From the NCBI GenBank assembly GCA_013239625.1, contig MU053934.1, forward strand, positions 155,241 through 219,240: 64,000 nucleotides of DNA, read 5' to 3'. The notes beneath the pieces were generated by a model. It worked only from the letters and a program-made list of their open reading frames with translations. It had not been told where the DNA came from and ran no database searches. A program made the translations under genes and the position numbers. Positions 14,601-26,949 of this stretch are shown piece by piece. The stretch is from Lama guanicoe. Its lineage: Eukaryota. The first letter of the stretch is position 1; every line of letters begins with the position of its first letter.

Positions 14601-14657
14601 TAAATATATATATATATGTATTTATATATACATATTTAAATATATATATATTTAAAT
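14601..14657. repeat. (TA)n-rich low-complexity tract
   Basis: Read directly from the sequence. Confidence 0.9.
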
Positions 14658-14789
14658 CTCCAAACCAATAGTGTAGTAATCAACAAGAAAGTATATCCAC
14701 TCACTTCTTTATGACCTTCTATCAGTTAAGACCATTGCCTTGATGGATTGAGCTATAGTGTTATTTCTTAAGACATTTGCTCTGCAGAT

Positions 14790-15172
14790 GACTGAGTTCA
14801 TCACTAATTCTTCACCCTGTCCCACATCCTTTCCCTTTGTCATGTGGCCTTCGGTACTGCTTCCTACAGAGGCAGAACCTGTTTCCCTAAACCCTGAATC
14901 AGGGCTGGACTTGTGACTCGCTTTGGCAGACAGAATGGAGGGGAAGATGCTGCCCGAGTCCTGAGGCCAGGCCTCAAGACGAAGTGCCTGCTTCTTGAGA
15001 AAATGCCTGGGCTAACCTGCCAGGGGAGGGGAGCCCCCTGGAGCAGAGAGGAGTCTCTCGTTGCCCCAGGCACGTGAGCGAGCCCAGCCACGATCAGCAG
15101 AGCTGTCTCCAAAACCCTTCTCACGGTACACCACCGAGCTTTTTATGGATTTTGAGCACTAGATAACTGATA
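14790..15172 (+). mobile_element. MaLR LTR (MLT1-type)
   Basis: gggctggacttgtgactcgctttggcagacagaatg...ccaggcctcaaga..., ending tagataactgata. Confidence 0.7.
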
Positions 15173-15538
15173 ATGCCATTGGCATTTTGCGTGAGTACTT
15201 TTTCATTATGTGAGCCTCCCCCACATTTCACAGGGCAATTAGCCTCTTGGGCTCTAGCCCATTCTTTAGACAGGCCATGGACAACTCCAAATGCACCCAC
15301 ATTTTTCCAAATGCCACTTGGGGAATTGGTCGTGATCCAGGGATCTAGGAGACATTCTCAGCTACCTTTAACATTTTTCACTTTTAAAAAGGATGCAAGC
15401 AGGGATACTCTTCAGCTTTCAAATCCAATTCAGTGTCCTTGCCCACGTGAAGATTCTCACTGTGCCAACAGGGTAACTGATTTAAAGGCCAGGAAACTGG
15501 AATTCTCATTCCATCTAAGAACTTAGAGCCAGGTGGCC

Positions 15539-15596
15539 TCTTCTGACCTGCAGGATTAAACTCAGTATCTTCTGACCTGCAGGGACAAACCCAGAT
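15539..15596. repeat. 29-bp imperfect tandem duplication
   Basis: tcttctgacctgcagg at 15539 and 15568, each followed by similar aaac(t/c)cag. Confidence 0.8.
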
Positions 15597-16136
15597 CCTT
15601 GCTGACAGTCATATGCTCTCTCTCTCTCATCAATCCCTGTCTGTCCCCACTACATACTCTATCCTCACACCAGTGGTCCTCCCTCTGCCCCCCAGACTTG
15701 CCTTTCGTCCCTTACCTCCATGACTGCACATCTTCCCTCTCCGCCCTGCCCCCTCTCCCTCACCTGCTCTTCTCTGGCTGGGGACCTTCTATTTCCCTTT
15801 CAAGATTCAGCATCAGTGGTACCTTCTCTGTGAAACCTTTACAGGCTCCACCAGGTAGGGCTAGGCCATTTCTTCTCTGTGCCTCAAGAGAGCACTCAAT
15901 TCATAAATCCACCAAAGCAGTTGTCCGTTTGAACTGAAATTATTTAAGGGTAACTTCTCTGGCGAGACTGGGACACTTTACCACTGTCCCCAGCACCATG
16001 TCCACTGCACGACAGGTGCTCAGTGTGCACGAGAAAGATCTGCTGCACACAAGGAGGCTGCAGTCACTGTGACAGCCTGGTCTTGTCATTTTCCCTTTGT
16101 ATCCTCTAATGTTATACCTCGAAGGGGGTCATTCTT

Positions 16137-16942
16137 TTAATTTTTTCTTTTTTTTAATTGAAGTGTGTCAATTCACAATGTTAGTTTCACATGTACAGCG
16201 AAGTGATTCAGTTATACACAGACATACATACTCATACATATTTTCAGATTCTTTTCCATGACAGCTCATTACAGGAAATTGAATATAGTTCCCTGTGCTA
16301 TATAGCAGGTCTTTGTTGTTGATTTGTGTTATATACAGTAGTATGTATCTGTTAATCCCGAACTCCTAATCTAACCCTCCTCCCTTTCCCCTCTGGTAAT
16401 CTCAGTTTGTTTTCTATGTCTGTGAGTCTATTTATGGTTTGTAAATAAAATTTGTATCTTTTTTTTAGATTCCATGTATAAGCGAAATCATGCTATTTGT
16501 CTTTCTCTGTTTGACTTACTTTACTTAGTATGATAATCTCTAGGTCCATCCACGTTGCTGCAGTTGGTGTTATTTTATTCTTTTTTATGGCTGAGTAGTA
16601 TTTCACACACATATATATGTGTGTGTGTGTATATATATATATATACACACACACACACATACATACACATACACATATATACACACACACACCACATCTT
16701 CTTTTTCCAGTCATCTGTTGATGGACATTTAAGTTGCTTCCATGTCTTGACTACTGTAAATAGTGCTCTGAAAATTGAGATGCATGTGTCTTGTTGAGTT
16801 AAGAGCTTTTGCCAAATATATGCTCAGGAGTGGGACTGCTGGATCATATGGTAATTCTATTATTAGTTTTTAAAGGAACCTCCATAGTGTCCTCCAGAGT
16901 GGCTGCACCAATTAACACAGCCACCAACAGTGTAGGAGGGTT
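16137..16942 (-). mobile_element. 5'-truncated lineage-specific L1 with perfect 16-bp target-site duplication
   Basis: T-rich tail at the left end and L1 3' UTR / ORF2-end sequence (minus ORF 16493..16714 ends YYSAIKKNKI...WMDLEIIILSKVSQTEKDK). TSD GAAGGGGGTCATTCTT at 16121-16136 and 16943-16958. The site reads TT/AAGA on the minus strand. Confidence 0.93.
16604..16692. repeat. Compound (CA)/(TA)/(TG) microsatellite inside an L1
   Basis: Read directly from the sequence; alternating purine-pyrimidine throughout. Confidence 0.95.
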
Positions 16943-17448
16943 GAAGGGGGTCATTCTTAAGCCCATTAGTTGCTCCTATATTTGTAGGTCAAGGGTCTGT
17001 AATGCCTGAAAAGGTTTTGGACAGCAAATAAGCATGTGCCCGGCTCCGTGCAAGGTGCTGGGAGGGCTTGATTCCCTCCCCTTTGAGCTCTCCGGTGATC
17101 CAGGGATCTAGGAGACACTCAGGCTCATTTGACAGTTGAGAAAGCAGTTTTGAGATCTGGAGGTCACCTGGGGAGGTCAACTCTGGGTCTGTGTCAAGAA
17201 GTAGACACAGGACTGGGGCTGAGGTTACCGCTTCTGTCCCACTCCTTGTGTGATCTCGGGTGAGTGGGTACATTGTTTAACCCTCCAGAGCTTCAATTTG
17301 CTCAACTGTAAAATGGGGGTAACACAGTGGCTCCCTCATGCCATGGCAGGAGGATTCCAGGAGATACTGCATCTGAACACAGCATTTATAGAGTGACTCA
17401 ACAGATGTCATCTTCCACAGTGGCTGCTCTCACAATTAGGAAAGGGCT

Positions 17449-18470
17449 CCAGGGACAGCTGGTAGACCCTCCCAGCTAGGGCAAGCCAGACCTTAATAGC
17501 TCTTGGGAGCACTGTCATTGGCTACTGTTCTTTTTCTTAACATGGCGACAAGAAAATCCAATAGAGGCCTGCCGGGCACGCAAGATGTGCGTGATGTTCT
17601 GGGTTATCCCTTATCCTAGGTGGATGCTGGCTGTCCTGAAACGTCACGTGAAGGAGATGGCATGGCAAGGGCCTGGAAGGCCAGGAAGGAGGGGCTGGAC
17701 GGGGCTGGCTCGTCTTCTGTTTCATGAGTATCGCAGACAGTCCTTGGGCCCCAGGATGCCTGGAAACCACAGTGCTGCCTGCCGGCAGGACACGTAAGCA
17801 ACTGATACCACCTTCCCTTTCTCTCCCAACCTGCCAAAGAACACAAGCAATTATTCCCCTTTAGGGAATAAACAGCTGCCAAGTTCTTCGCAAAAGCAGG
17901 ACAGTTTGGCAGGGTGGCACCTGTTTTGTGTTGTGCTTTTAATATGCCGAGAGGAGCGCGTGGCTTTCAGTCGAATGAAGAGAAAGAGGGAAAGTGTGAG
18001 GAGGTGTGTGGACGTGTGAGAGTGGGCACGGCCAGGCATGTATGTGTGGAGCAAAGGGTCTTCCCTGATGAGATTTCAAAGAAGCTGTTTATCCTCCTCA
18101 TGTGAGAGAGAAAATTAGTGACCAGAACATAAGACATGCAGGTGTTACCGGGGTCTCTCCCCTCCCTTATCCAAACACAGGCACATGCCCTTGAGCTGGG
18201 GAAAACCACAATCCAAGGTAAAGAGCTCTGAGAGCTGTTTTCTGAAAAGCACCCATATAGTGAGCTCCTAAAGGCAGGAGCTGTATCCCATCCATCTCTG
18301 AATCCCCTGAACCCAGACCGTGGAGCGTACCTTGCATGCCCAGCAAGCTTCTATTGGGTGTTCTTGTCACCCCGGCATGTTAAGAAAGGGAACAGTGGCC
18401 AATGAAAGTGCTCCCAGGGCTACCAAGGTATGGCCTGCCCTAGCTGGGAGGGTCTACCAGCAGTCCCCGG
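17449..18470. repeat. Inverted repeat pair: arms 17449-17584 and 18331-18470, spacer 746 bp
   Basis: ctggtagaccctcccagctagggca...ttcttaacatg in the left arm is the reverse complement of catgttaagaa...tgccctagctgggagggtctaccag in the right arm. Roughly 85% identity by eye. Confidence 0.92.
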
Positions 18471-20249
18471 GGATAAGCAGCCTCCATCTATGAACTTCAT
18501 GGTGCCAGTGTGGTTCCATAGCAACCACATTCTGAGGTTGCCTGCAGCCATCGCAGTGCTTAAGGGATAGGGTCTAGGGAACACTGTTGTCCATCAACCA
18601 CACTGAGTGCTGCGGAAAGCACAACAGGTATGACATCAGACGTATGACGTCAGGGTCTATGGGACTCTGGACCAACCAGATGCCTTCCTTGAGCTTTAAC
18701 GTGATGTTTATTATCCACCTGGTGGTTTGCACCTTTGCTCTAATATGGACCGAGCACCTGCTCTGCGCCAGGTGTTGTGCTAAATCAGGTGCATTGCTTT
18801 CTTAATTTAATCCTTCAGCCCAGATCTCTGTTTTACGGCGGAGGAAATGGGCTCAGAAGTTGTCAGCAGTCTCCCTGTTACAGCTAGAGGGAGGCAGTCT
18901 GGATTGCAAATCCAGTCTTCGGACCTCACACCAGGGACATTTCACAGCACAATTACTTTTCTCCTGGGGGATGGATGTGCGGATCAAATGAGCTGGCGGA
19001 AGAGACAACGCCGCGTGAACAAAGCAGGCCATAAAAATGCATATGCAGTATGATCCCAAAGCAGCCAAAAGACAAACAAACAGAAAACGCGCACAGAAAA
19101 TAGACCAAAGGGAACGCATTACAATGTTAACAAAGCTTTTCTCTGAGTGGTGGATTCACAGATGAATTTTATTGGCTTCTTTACACTTTTCTGTACTTTA
19201 GTAATTCCTTGCAATTTTCTCAAATGAGCAAATGGATGTACAAGGGCTTTGTAAACTGTAGAGCACGATGCATACCGAAGCAATGTTATGATGATTACGT
19301 TATGTACCTTTCCACATTCTCATCTAGGACTGCTTATTGCCGACCGACCGCATGGCTGATGTTATATCAAGGGGGAGACCTGAGCGGCTTAAAACCTGTC
19401 TCTTTTTTTCACACAGGTAATTTCCCCAGGGAGGCGCTGAGCTGGGCGGGGTGGTGGCTTTTGCTGGTGGGGTCTGAATGCTACCCTTCGCCACACTCCA
19501 GTCACGCGGGGAGCAGGGGGCTCCTGACAAGCAAGTCACAGAAACAAAAGGCTGATTTCTCCTGAGATAAAATGCATTTGCTAAATTGCTTCTTCGGGCA
19601 GCCGGCTGAGGCATAGGAGATTTGGACTTAAGGGAAAATGGCCTTTAAGCAGTCTGCATTTATTTCTTCCTGTCCTTAAGGACAGTGGTCTAGATTGACC
19701 TCTGAGCTGGCAGAGATGACTGATGGCTGGTCAGAGACGATGGCTGGTCCTGCCTGAGGGCTGAGAGGGGCTGGAAGTGAGTCGCTGGGCTCTGGCCTAA
19801 TGGACTTCTGTTCAACGTCAGGAAACACTATGGGGATAACTGGACACTGAGACCTGATTCCTCCGACATTCATTTTCCACATGACCTTGAGCAAGTCATT
19901 TCTCCCAAGAGCAAGACAAAGAGGTTGGGCTTCCAGGCTCAGGTGCTCTCTTGGGCAGGTAACGGGCACTTTCTCATTCACGCTCACATCGTCTCCACAG
20001 GTTACAGACCACTACCAGCCCTATGGACGAAGATGGTCATCATCTGAAAGGCTGAGCTGCTTGTTCAAGGTCATGCAATGAATGAACAGAGCAACCAAGA
20101 TTCTTACCCAGGTGTGTTTCCCCTGAGTTCTTGTACATCGTCAAGCCACTACACTGCCTTGTTCATCAGCCTCTGGGGATCTTTCTAGTTCTAGTGCTGG
20201 ACTGCAGAGGACTGAGTCCTGTGTTCACCTCGGTGTGCTCAGCAGTGTT

Positions 20250-20600
20250 CACATTCTCGGGTCTTCCCGGCAGCACAGCACAGCCTTTCCAACCTTCCTG
20301 CGGTTAAGGGTAACTGTGTGGCCACGTTCGGATCAGTGGAATGTGGGCAGATTCTGACTGCTACAGAAAGCACTTTTAGGACTGTCTCATGCACAGTCTT
20401 CACTTTGTCACCCAGAGCAAGAGCCTCCAGCAGAGGATGCTCCGTGAAGGGCAGAGCCACAGGCTGGAAGGAGTCGGGGCCCTGAACCTGGAGAAAAGCC
20501 ACGTGCCAATCAGGAACACCCACCTGGACTTCGTGTGAGTCAAGAACTTACCAGCCTGCCAAGCCCTTTTTACAATTGCTTGTGTTACCTTAACTAACAC
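20250..20600 (+). mobile_element. MaLR LTR (MLT1I/J-like)
   Basis: ggcagagccacaggctggaaggagtcggggccctgaa...cctggacttcgtgtgag..., ending ccttaactaacaca. Confidence 0.6.
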
Positions 20601-23443
20601 AGCTACTTGCACTCTTCGAGCTGGTAAGTGATAAAGACAGTACAACAGACTAAGTAAGGCGTCTCTGAGGCCATCTTTCTTCTTAGGTCATGTGTCCTTC
20701 TGATGCCTTAGAATAATGGGTAGAAACATCTGGTGGGTAAGATTACAACACTCAAGAGTGTTGCTTTACACTTTCAGTTTCCACGGTCAGTGGCCTCGAC
20801 ATCTATGTCTTCATCTGTTCCTCCCAGCATCTGCATGACACAGGTAGGGCTGGCCTCTTGCCCCCAGGTGATGGATGAGGAAACCGGGACATAAGGGATG
20901 TGCTCAGAAGATCTGGGGCTCTAACTCACGTCTCCTGGAACCTAATTCGGGGCTCTTCCCTGTGGTTTCCACGAAGCGATTAAGTTTTATTAAACCACAC
21001 GGATGGGTATAGAGAGATTACGAGCTCACTGGTTGCCTGCTGTGTGTATTAATCAACAACGGTCCAGGAACCCCAAACACTGTTTTCCAAGGAAACCAGA
21101 CAATGGGCCGCTTTCATTCTTTCGTAGGAGGGGAGAGGCATGGGCGTAGGACCACTCAGTGAAGGTTTAGAGAGGGTCCGCCCAGCACTGACTGAGGCTC
21201 TGAGGAAACAAAGAAGAAAAAGGCACAGGGTCCACCCTCCCAGGTATCAGTACATCACACACAATTAATAAGCTCTACTCTACGAAGGGGGAATGAACGC
21301 CAGTGTCTGCACTTTAATTGTTCATATAGTCTGGGTCGGGGAGCAAAGAAGCCAGTTAGCAATTACAAAACTGTGCATCCATTAACACAAACAAAACTCA
21401 AGTCAGTGAGGGATGTGCTATGTGCTACACTGATCTAAGCTCCTGACCTGTCTTACCTTACTCAGGCCTACCTGACTCCCATTTTACAGATGACAAAACT
21501 GAGGTTCAGAGAGTTTAAGGAAGTGGCCTGAAATCCCATGGGTAGTATTCCTTACATTTTATGTGATGCAGTCTTGTTCCAGAGCTGCCTTCTTATGTAC
21601 CACACAAGGAGCCAGTGAGAGGAGGAAGATTCAGCCGAAAGGAGAAGAGGGCGGGGGGCCGCTCTAAGATGCACCGGGGGTAGAGCCCCTGGCATGTGTG
21701 GATAGATTACAGCTGGAGCCTAGGGGCGTGAGGGAGGGATGTGTGCCAGGTGGATCGTGCCCGTGGCCCCAGACATATCTCGTGAGGATCCTAACCCTGC
21801 ATCTCTTTCCTTTATCCCCTCCGCGGGCCATCCGGGCAAAGGCTGTGAGGCTTCTGGCTCTGATACCGAACACGCCATGGAGGGTCACTGGAGGCTGGCC
21901 TTGGCAGCCTGTCGTGGGACTCCGGGCGTTGTACACCCCGGGCTCCACTGCCCACTGCGTGATTAAAGAGCTGGTGACATGCGGCTCGCACGTGAGAGCA
22001 ATAACGCGTTCCGGTTTTTCTCCGGGGCTTCTCTGGGATCCAGCTGTTTGCACAGAGCCATCTGCTCCCTGGCATTGCTGTACAGAGTGGTGCTGTAAAG
22101 TCTTTGCAGGATCTGTTTATATGTGTCTTATTTTTAACTTGTAATTGAGCCATGGTGGTGCCGTTGTCTTTTCTTCCCAGTGGCTTAGTACCGGTGACCC
22201 CTCAGGCAGCCCATCACCCTTGTAGCAAGAGGGGCGGAGCGTGGAAGCCTTCATTTCGGAGGTGAGGTTGGAAAACAAGGCATTCGGGATGAGCTTCTGG
22301 CCAACGCTCATAATGAGACCTCCTCTGGCCCGCAGCCCCTTCAGCCCTCCTCCCAGCCTGGGCTGGGCTTGTTCACAGACCACTTTACAGGTGGGAAAAC
22401 TGAGGCTCATGGAAGGCAAGAGTTATGCTCAAAGTCCGAGACCGTGTCCTGGGGCCAGGTTTTCTGTTTTTAAGTCAGGGATCTTTCCAGCACACCACAA
22501 ATGCTTCAAGACAAGGACTTGTAATCGTTCACTTGTTCAACAAAATTTACCCAGCACGGACCTGGCAGTCTTTCACAGACATAAAGATATACTGGTGAAT
22601 GAAAGAGAGAAACATCCCTGCCATCCCAGAGCTTACATTCTGGTTGGAGAGATGGAATCAACAAAATAAGCCCAGAATATAGGACATTCTTTGGTTGGTG
22701 GTAAGTGCAATGGAGAATAAAGGCAGGGGCTCTGGGAGACGGCAGCGCTGGGGTTGGGGCAAGTGTTATAATTTTAGATCAGGGAGTGTTCTCAGTGACT
22801 GAGAAAAGACCACTCAGCTATGGGTCAAGCTTGACACCAGTTCCAGAGTGCCATCAACTTGCTCTCTGATTTCAGTTCTCTCTGAGCCTCCACGTCCTCC
22901 TCTAAAAAATAACAATAAAAACTGCCTGGCAGGGTTTGTAAAAGAGGAAGAACAAGGATACAAACACAAGCCACAAGAAGAATCCGCGGAATGACTTGTG
23001 GTTCCCGTTATGTTTAAATAGGGAGCTACGTCCCCTTGCGAAGCCTGGCTCCGGTCTGCCCCTTCGACGTTAGGTAGTTTCCCATCACGGCCCCACCATT
23101 TAGGAGCTGCTTGACCCTGAGCATGTGGCATCTCTTCTGAGCGTCGGTTTCCTTATCCCTGAAATGTGACTAGTGATGCCTACTTCCCTCAATTGTGGTG
23201 AAGATTAAAGTTGCATTTCCCCTTTTCTTTCCCTGCAGGAAGCAAGTCTCTCATCATCAAAGGCTAGAAGAAGCAGAGAAAGGTCTTAGAGCAGCAAAGA
23301 GAGCTGTCCAGTGCAGGAGAGAACAGAGTGACTAATGCCTAGTACACGGATGCCCAACGGACTTCTGCATCTCCCGTGTCATCGCTTGGAGACTGTTACT
23401 GGTTCTCTGGAGTGCGGTCTGGGCAAGGATACTGGGGTTGGGG

Positions 23444-23640
23444 CTGAGCCCAGATGGATGACTAGGGTCATCAACTAGTGATGTCTGCTGCGGGCACGGG
23501 ATGAGGAGATGCTAATCTGCAGACACTGTCTAGTGACTTATCTGAGCCCAGGCGGATGACTGGGGTCATCAACTAGTGATGTCTGCTGCGGGCATGGGAT
23601 GAGAAGATGCTAAGTTGGCAGACACTGTCTAGTGACTTAT
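23444..23640. repeat. Tandem duplication of a 98/99-bp unit (23444-23541, 23542-23640)
   Basis: ctgagcccag...gggtcatcaactagtgatgtctgctgcgggca...gcagacactgtctagtgacttat occurs twice, with about 8 differences. Confidence 0.93.
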
Positions 23641-25785
23641 ATATAAGTGTGAAAACTCACTAATGTTCAGTATTTTGTTTTCACTTTTTGGACTTTTGCT
23701 ATGTTTCATAATTCAACTGCTAACACGACAGTGGATAATTCTTTTATCATTGGCCTTTCTGGCTTTAATACCATTGGCTTTTCTTTTTCTGGCCACCAGG
23801 GGAAGAATAAACAGGGAGATGAGCCCAGAAAGGGTTGTTCACGAGCTGATGAACTGAAAGTGACAGCTGTCAGGAAGGAATCTGGAGAATAAGCAGCAAA
23901 GAGTCAGAGGCCATTCCCTGCCACGATAAACTGCATCTTCCCTCCTCTGGCCAATTCCCGCCCCCTCGGCCGACTCAGTGCAACCTGAGTCATCAAAAAT
24001 TGCAAATTGAGTTTAGTGCACTTTGGTTACTAAGGAAGGGCATGCACTTTAGCCAGATTCCCATCCATCTGGGAAAATATAAAACATCTGTAATGACATA
24101 CATGTGAATGGTTTGACATTTAAAAAGGTAAGCTTCCTTTACCTGGAAAGTTCCCTGAGGTGGAGCAAGGGAATTTTATTATCTTGATGATAAAGCAGCC
24201 CTTTATAAATACAATGCTCAGGGAGGGTTACAGGCTTCCGAACAACACACTGAATGAAAGCTGCTACCCTATCTGCCAGGCTGGTAGGGACCATAGCGGG
24301 TGTCCTTATTTTTCACTGTTCCAAAGGACAGGACTCGGATGAATGGATTCTTTCCAGAAGGGAGGATTGCACCTCAGCACGAAGAATCGGTTAACATCTG
24401 GAGCTTCCCAACAGCGTAGTTAAGCTGTTGGAGGTGGTGAGCTCTCTGTCTTTGGGAGGATTCCAGCAGAAGCCAGATGCAAGCCTGTTAGGGAGGCTGT
24501 AGGAGGATTTTCGCATGGATGAGGGGGTGGAGGATATCCGTGATTATCCAGCTGTGTTCTGTGGGGTCCCAGGGCTTCTTGGATTTGCCTGAGGGGGCTG
24601 GGATGCTGAGGAAGCGGGAGGGAAATGCTCACGCATGCCATTCTAGCCTCCAGTGCTCCTCCAATCAAATTACAGCAACTAATGCCTATGGGATGCTTGC
24701 TGTATTCCACAGACTAACTCACTGGTCCTAGAGAGATGCCCAGACAAACTATGGGGCAGGAGAGGCCGGACCCCATCAGCGACTGTCATTCTGCACCACA
24801 GTTGGAGCCTGAGTTCTCCCAAACAAAACCATCTCGATTTGGAGCAAGGCTCAAAAATGGAGTCTGCTCCTTACTGAAGAGTTGAGTCCCCTGACTTCCT
24901 GATCTTAGGCCCCCCATTCTTTTCTTTTTTCTTTTCTTTCTTCCTCTCTCTTCTTGGCATAAAGGCCAACCAAATGGCCTCTCCCCCCTACTCGGAGTCT
25001 CCTAATTGTGGGGAAACCTACCTGGGACTGTTGGATCCAGAGCAAGTGTGACAGCCCCTCCCACGTTTTAGACACAGATTTCTAAGTGACTCTGCCAAGC
25101 CTTCCCAGAAAAAAATTTAAAAAACCGAACACCCATTCGTGGAACAACGGATTATGATCACACAGGTCGGGCAATGTGGTTTGTGGAAAAAACCCAATTC
25201 TGTGAACGCCGTGTTCCTGGCACCGAGTCCCATTTTGGTGATTTAACATAAGTTATCCATGAAGCATTATGATACTGGCATTGCTGTCCTGGGTTATTTA
25301 TCAGATGGTGAGGCTGGGGCTCGGAGCATTCACGTGACTTCTCTGAGGGCCTGAGTCCAGTATGCCCCGAGGCTGGGGTGGGCCGGGGTGCTCCAGGACT
25401 TGGGAAGGTGGCTGGGGGGAGCCTGGGATGTACACAGTGGCACAGGAAGGTGGGGGTGGGGGCTGAGTGTCAAGGGGAGGGTGTTTGGGAGGACGGCTGC
25501 GGTGAGCCTCCGAGAAGGCTGCTCTCCTTCACGGGCCTGCGGTACCCAGACATGCCCTTCCGCCATCTCTGACAGTGGTCTGCGGCAAGCCTCTTCTGCA
25601 GGGCCTGGGCCAGCCTCTAATTCCAACCACAGCGTCCTTCCTGCACGGCGCCCGGCAGATGACTGGCTTTCACGCCTGCCTCCTGAGCACGTAAATGCAG
25701 CCACAGATTCCGAGAAGGACCCCCGAAGACTTCTCCCCTCTGATGACCCACCGGGGAAGTGGATGAGTCATTTCTCAAGGGATCC

Positions 25786-26167
25786 CCCCAACCCGCCGTA
25801 ACCATAAGTTTGTTCTCTACGTCTGTGAGTCTGTTTCTGTTTTGTTAAAAAAGTTCATTTGTGTCTTTGTGTGTGTGTGTGTGTGAGATTTCACATATAA
25901 GTGATATCATGTGGCATTTTTCTTTCTCTTTCTGGCTTACTTCAACTAGAATGACAATCTCCAGTTCCAGACTTGGAGATGTCAGTTACCGTATATAACA
26001 TAGATAAACAGCAAGGTCCTGCTGTATAGCACAGAGAACTATATTCAGTATCTTGTAGGAACCTACAATGAAAAAGAACATATGTAGGTACATGGATGAC
26101 TGAAACATTAGGCTGTTCACCAGAAATTGATACAACACTGTAAACTGTAAAAAAATTTTGAAAAAAA
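25786..26167 (+). mobile_element. L1 3' fragment with inverted 5' segment
   Basis: About 25786-25969 is L1 sequence in minus orientation; about 25970-26167 is the adjacent downstream L1 3' UTR in plus orientation, ending A-rich. Possible decayed TSD aagggatcc (25777-25785) / aagggagtcc (26168-26177). Confidence 0.8.
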
Positions 26168-26949
26168 AAGGGAGTCCGCTTCATAAGGTCCTGAGCAGTG
26201 CACCTCAGGAACTCACCCATAAGGAGAGTAACTGACAGCATCACCCTGCAAGGCTTTTTATTTGAGCCTCTTCCGTGGGTGGGGGAGGGGGGAGCAGGAA
26301 AAGAGTTTATATTTAATGTTTGGGAAAAAAGTGCTGAATGTGCACTCTAACATTGATGATGATGATGACAAAGACTGATCTGAGTAAAGAGAACTGATGG
26401 GAAACCCAGAAGGACACAGTGTCTGTCAAGACCTCCAAGTGCTTCCCGGAATCGGAGACAGAGGTCAAGTGCTTAATGGTTTTCTTGCCTCTACAGTCAG
26501 TGGTAAAGAAGGGCAGGTCCCGAGGAAGGCATGGAGGGTGATGCGGAGAAGGGTCGGAGCCAGAGGCTACTCCACTGGGGCCCAGGGGCCAAATGACAGA
26601 CAGCAGGGGTGGCCGTGTTACCAGTCATCCTGATAAAAGGGCCAGGTGGGTGTGTGCCTGCACAGCTTCCACACACGCCCTCCACTGCCACTGGAGCCTG
26701 ACAATTCCCCTGACACATGACATAAGAACAGTCTTAAAACAAAATTCTGACTCTCTGATCCACTTCCAGGCTCTGCCCAGTCTGCCTCCTGCCTACCTGC
26801 TGCTCAGCATCTCCTGTGCTCCTCCCTCCCCACCAACCCCTGGGCACACAGACCACCCTTCAGTTCTTCACTTCCAACCTGCCCTGCCCCAGGACCTTTG
26901 CACCAGCGACTTCCTCCACCTGAAATGTACTTCCTTTGTTCTTCCCCCA

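Noticed and set aside
23444..23640. CRISPR-like or other prokaryotic repeat array
   Set aside because: There are only two adjacent copies with no spacers, in clearly mammalian intronic DNA.
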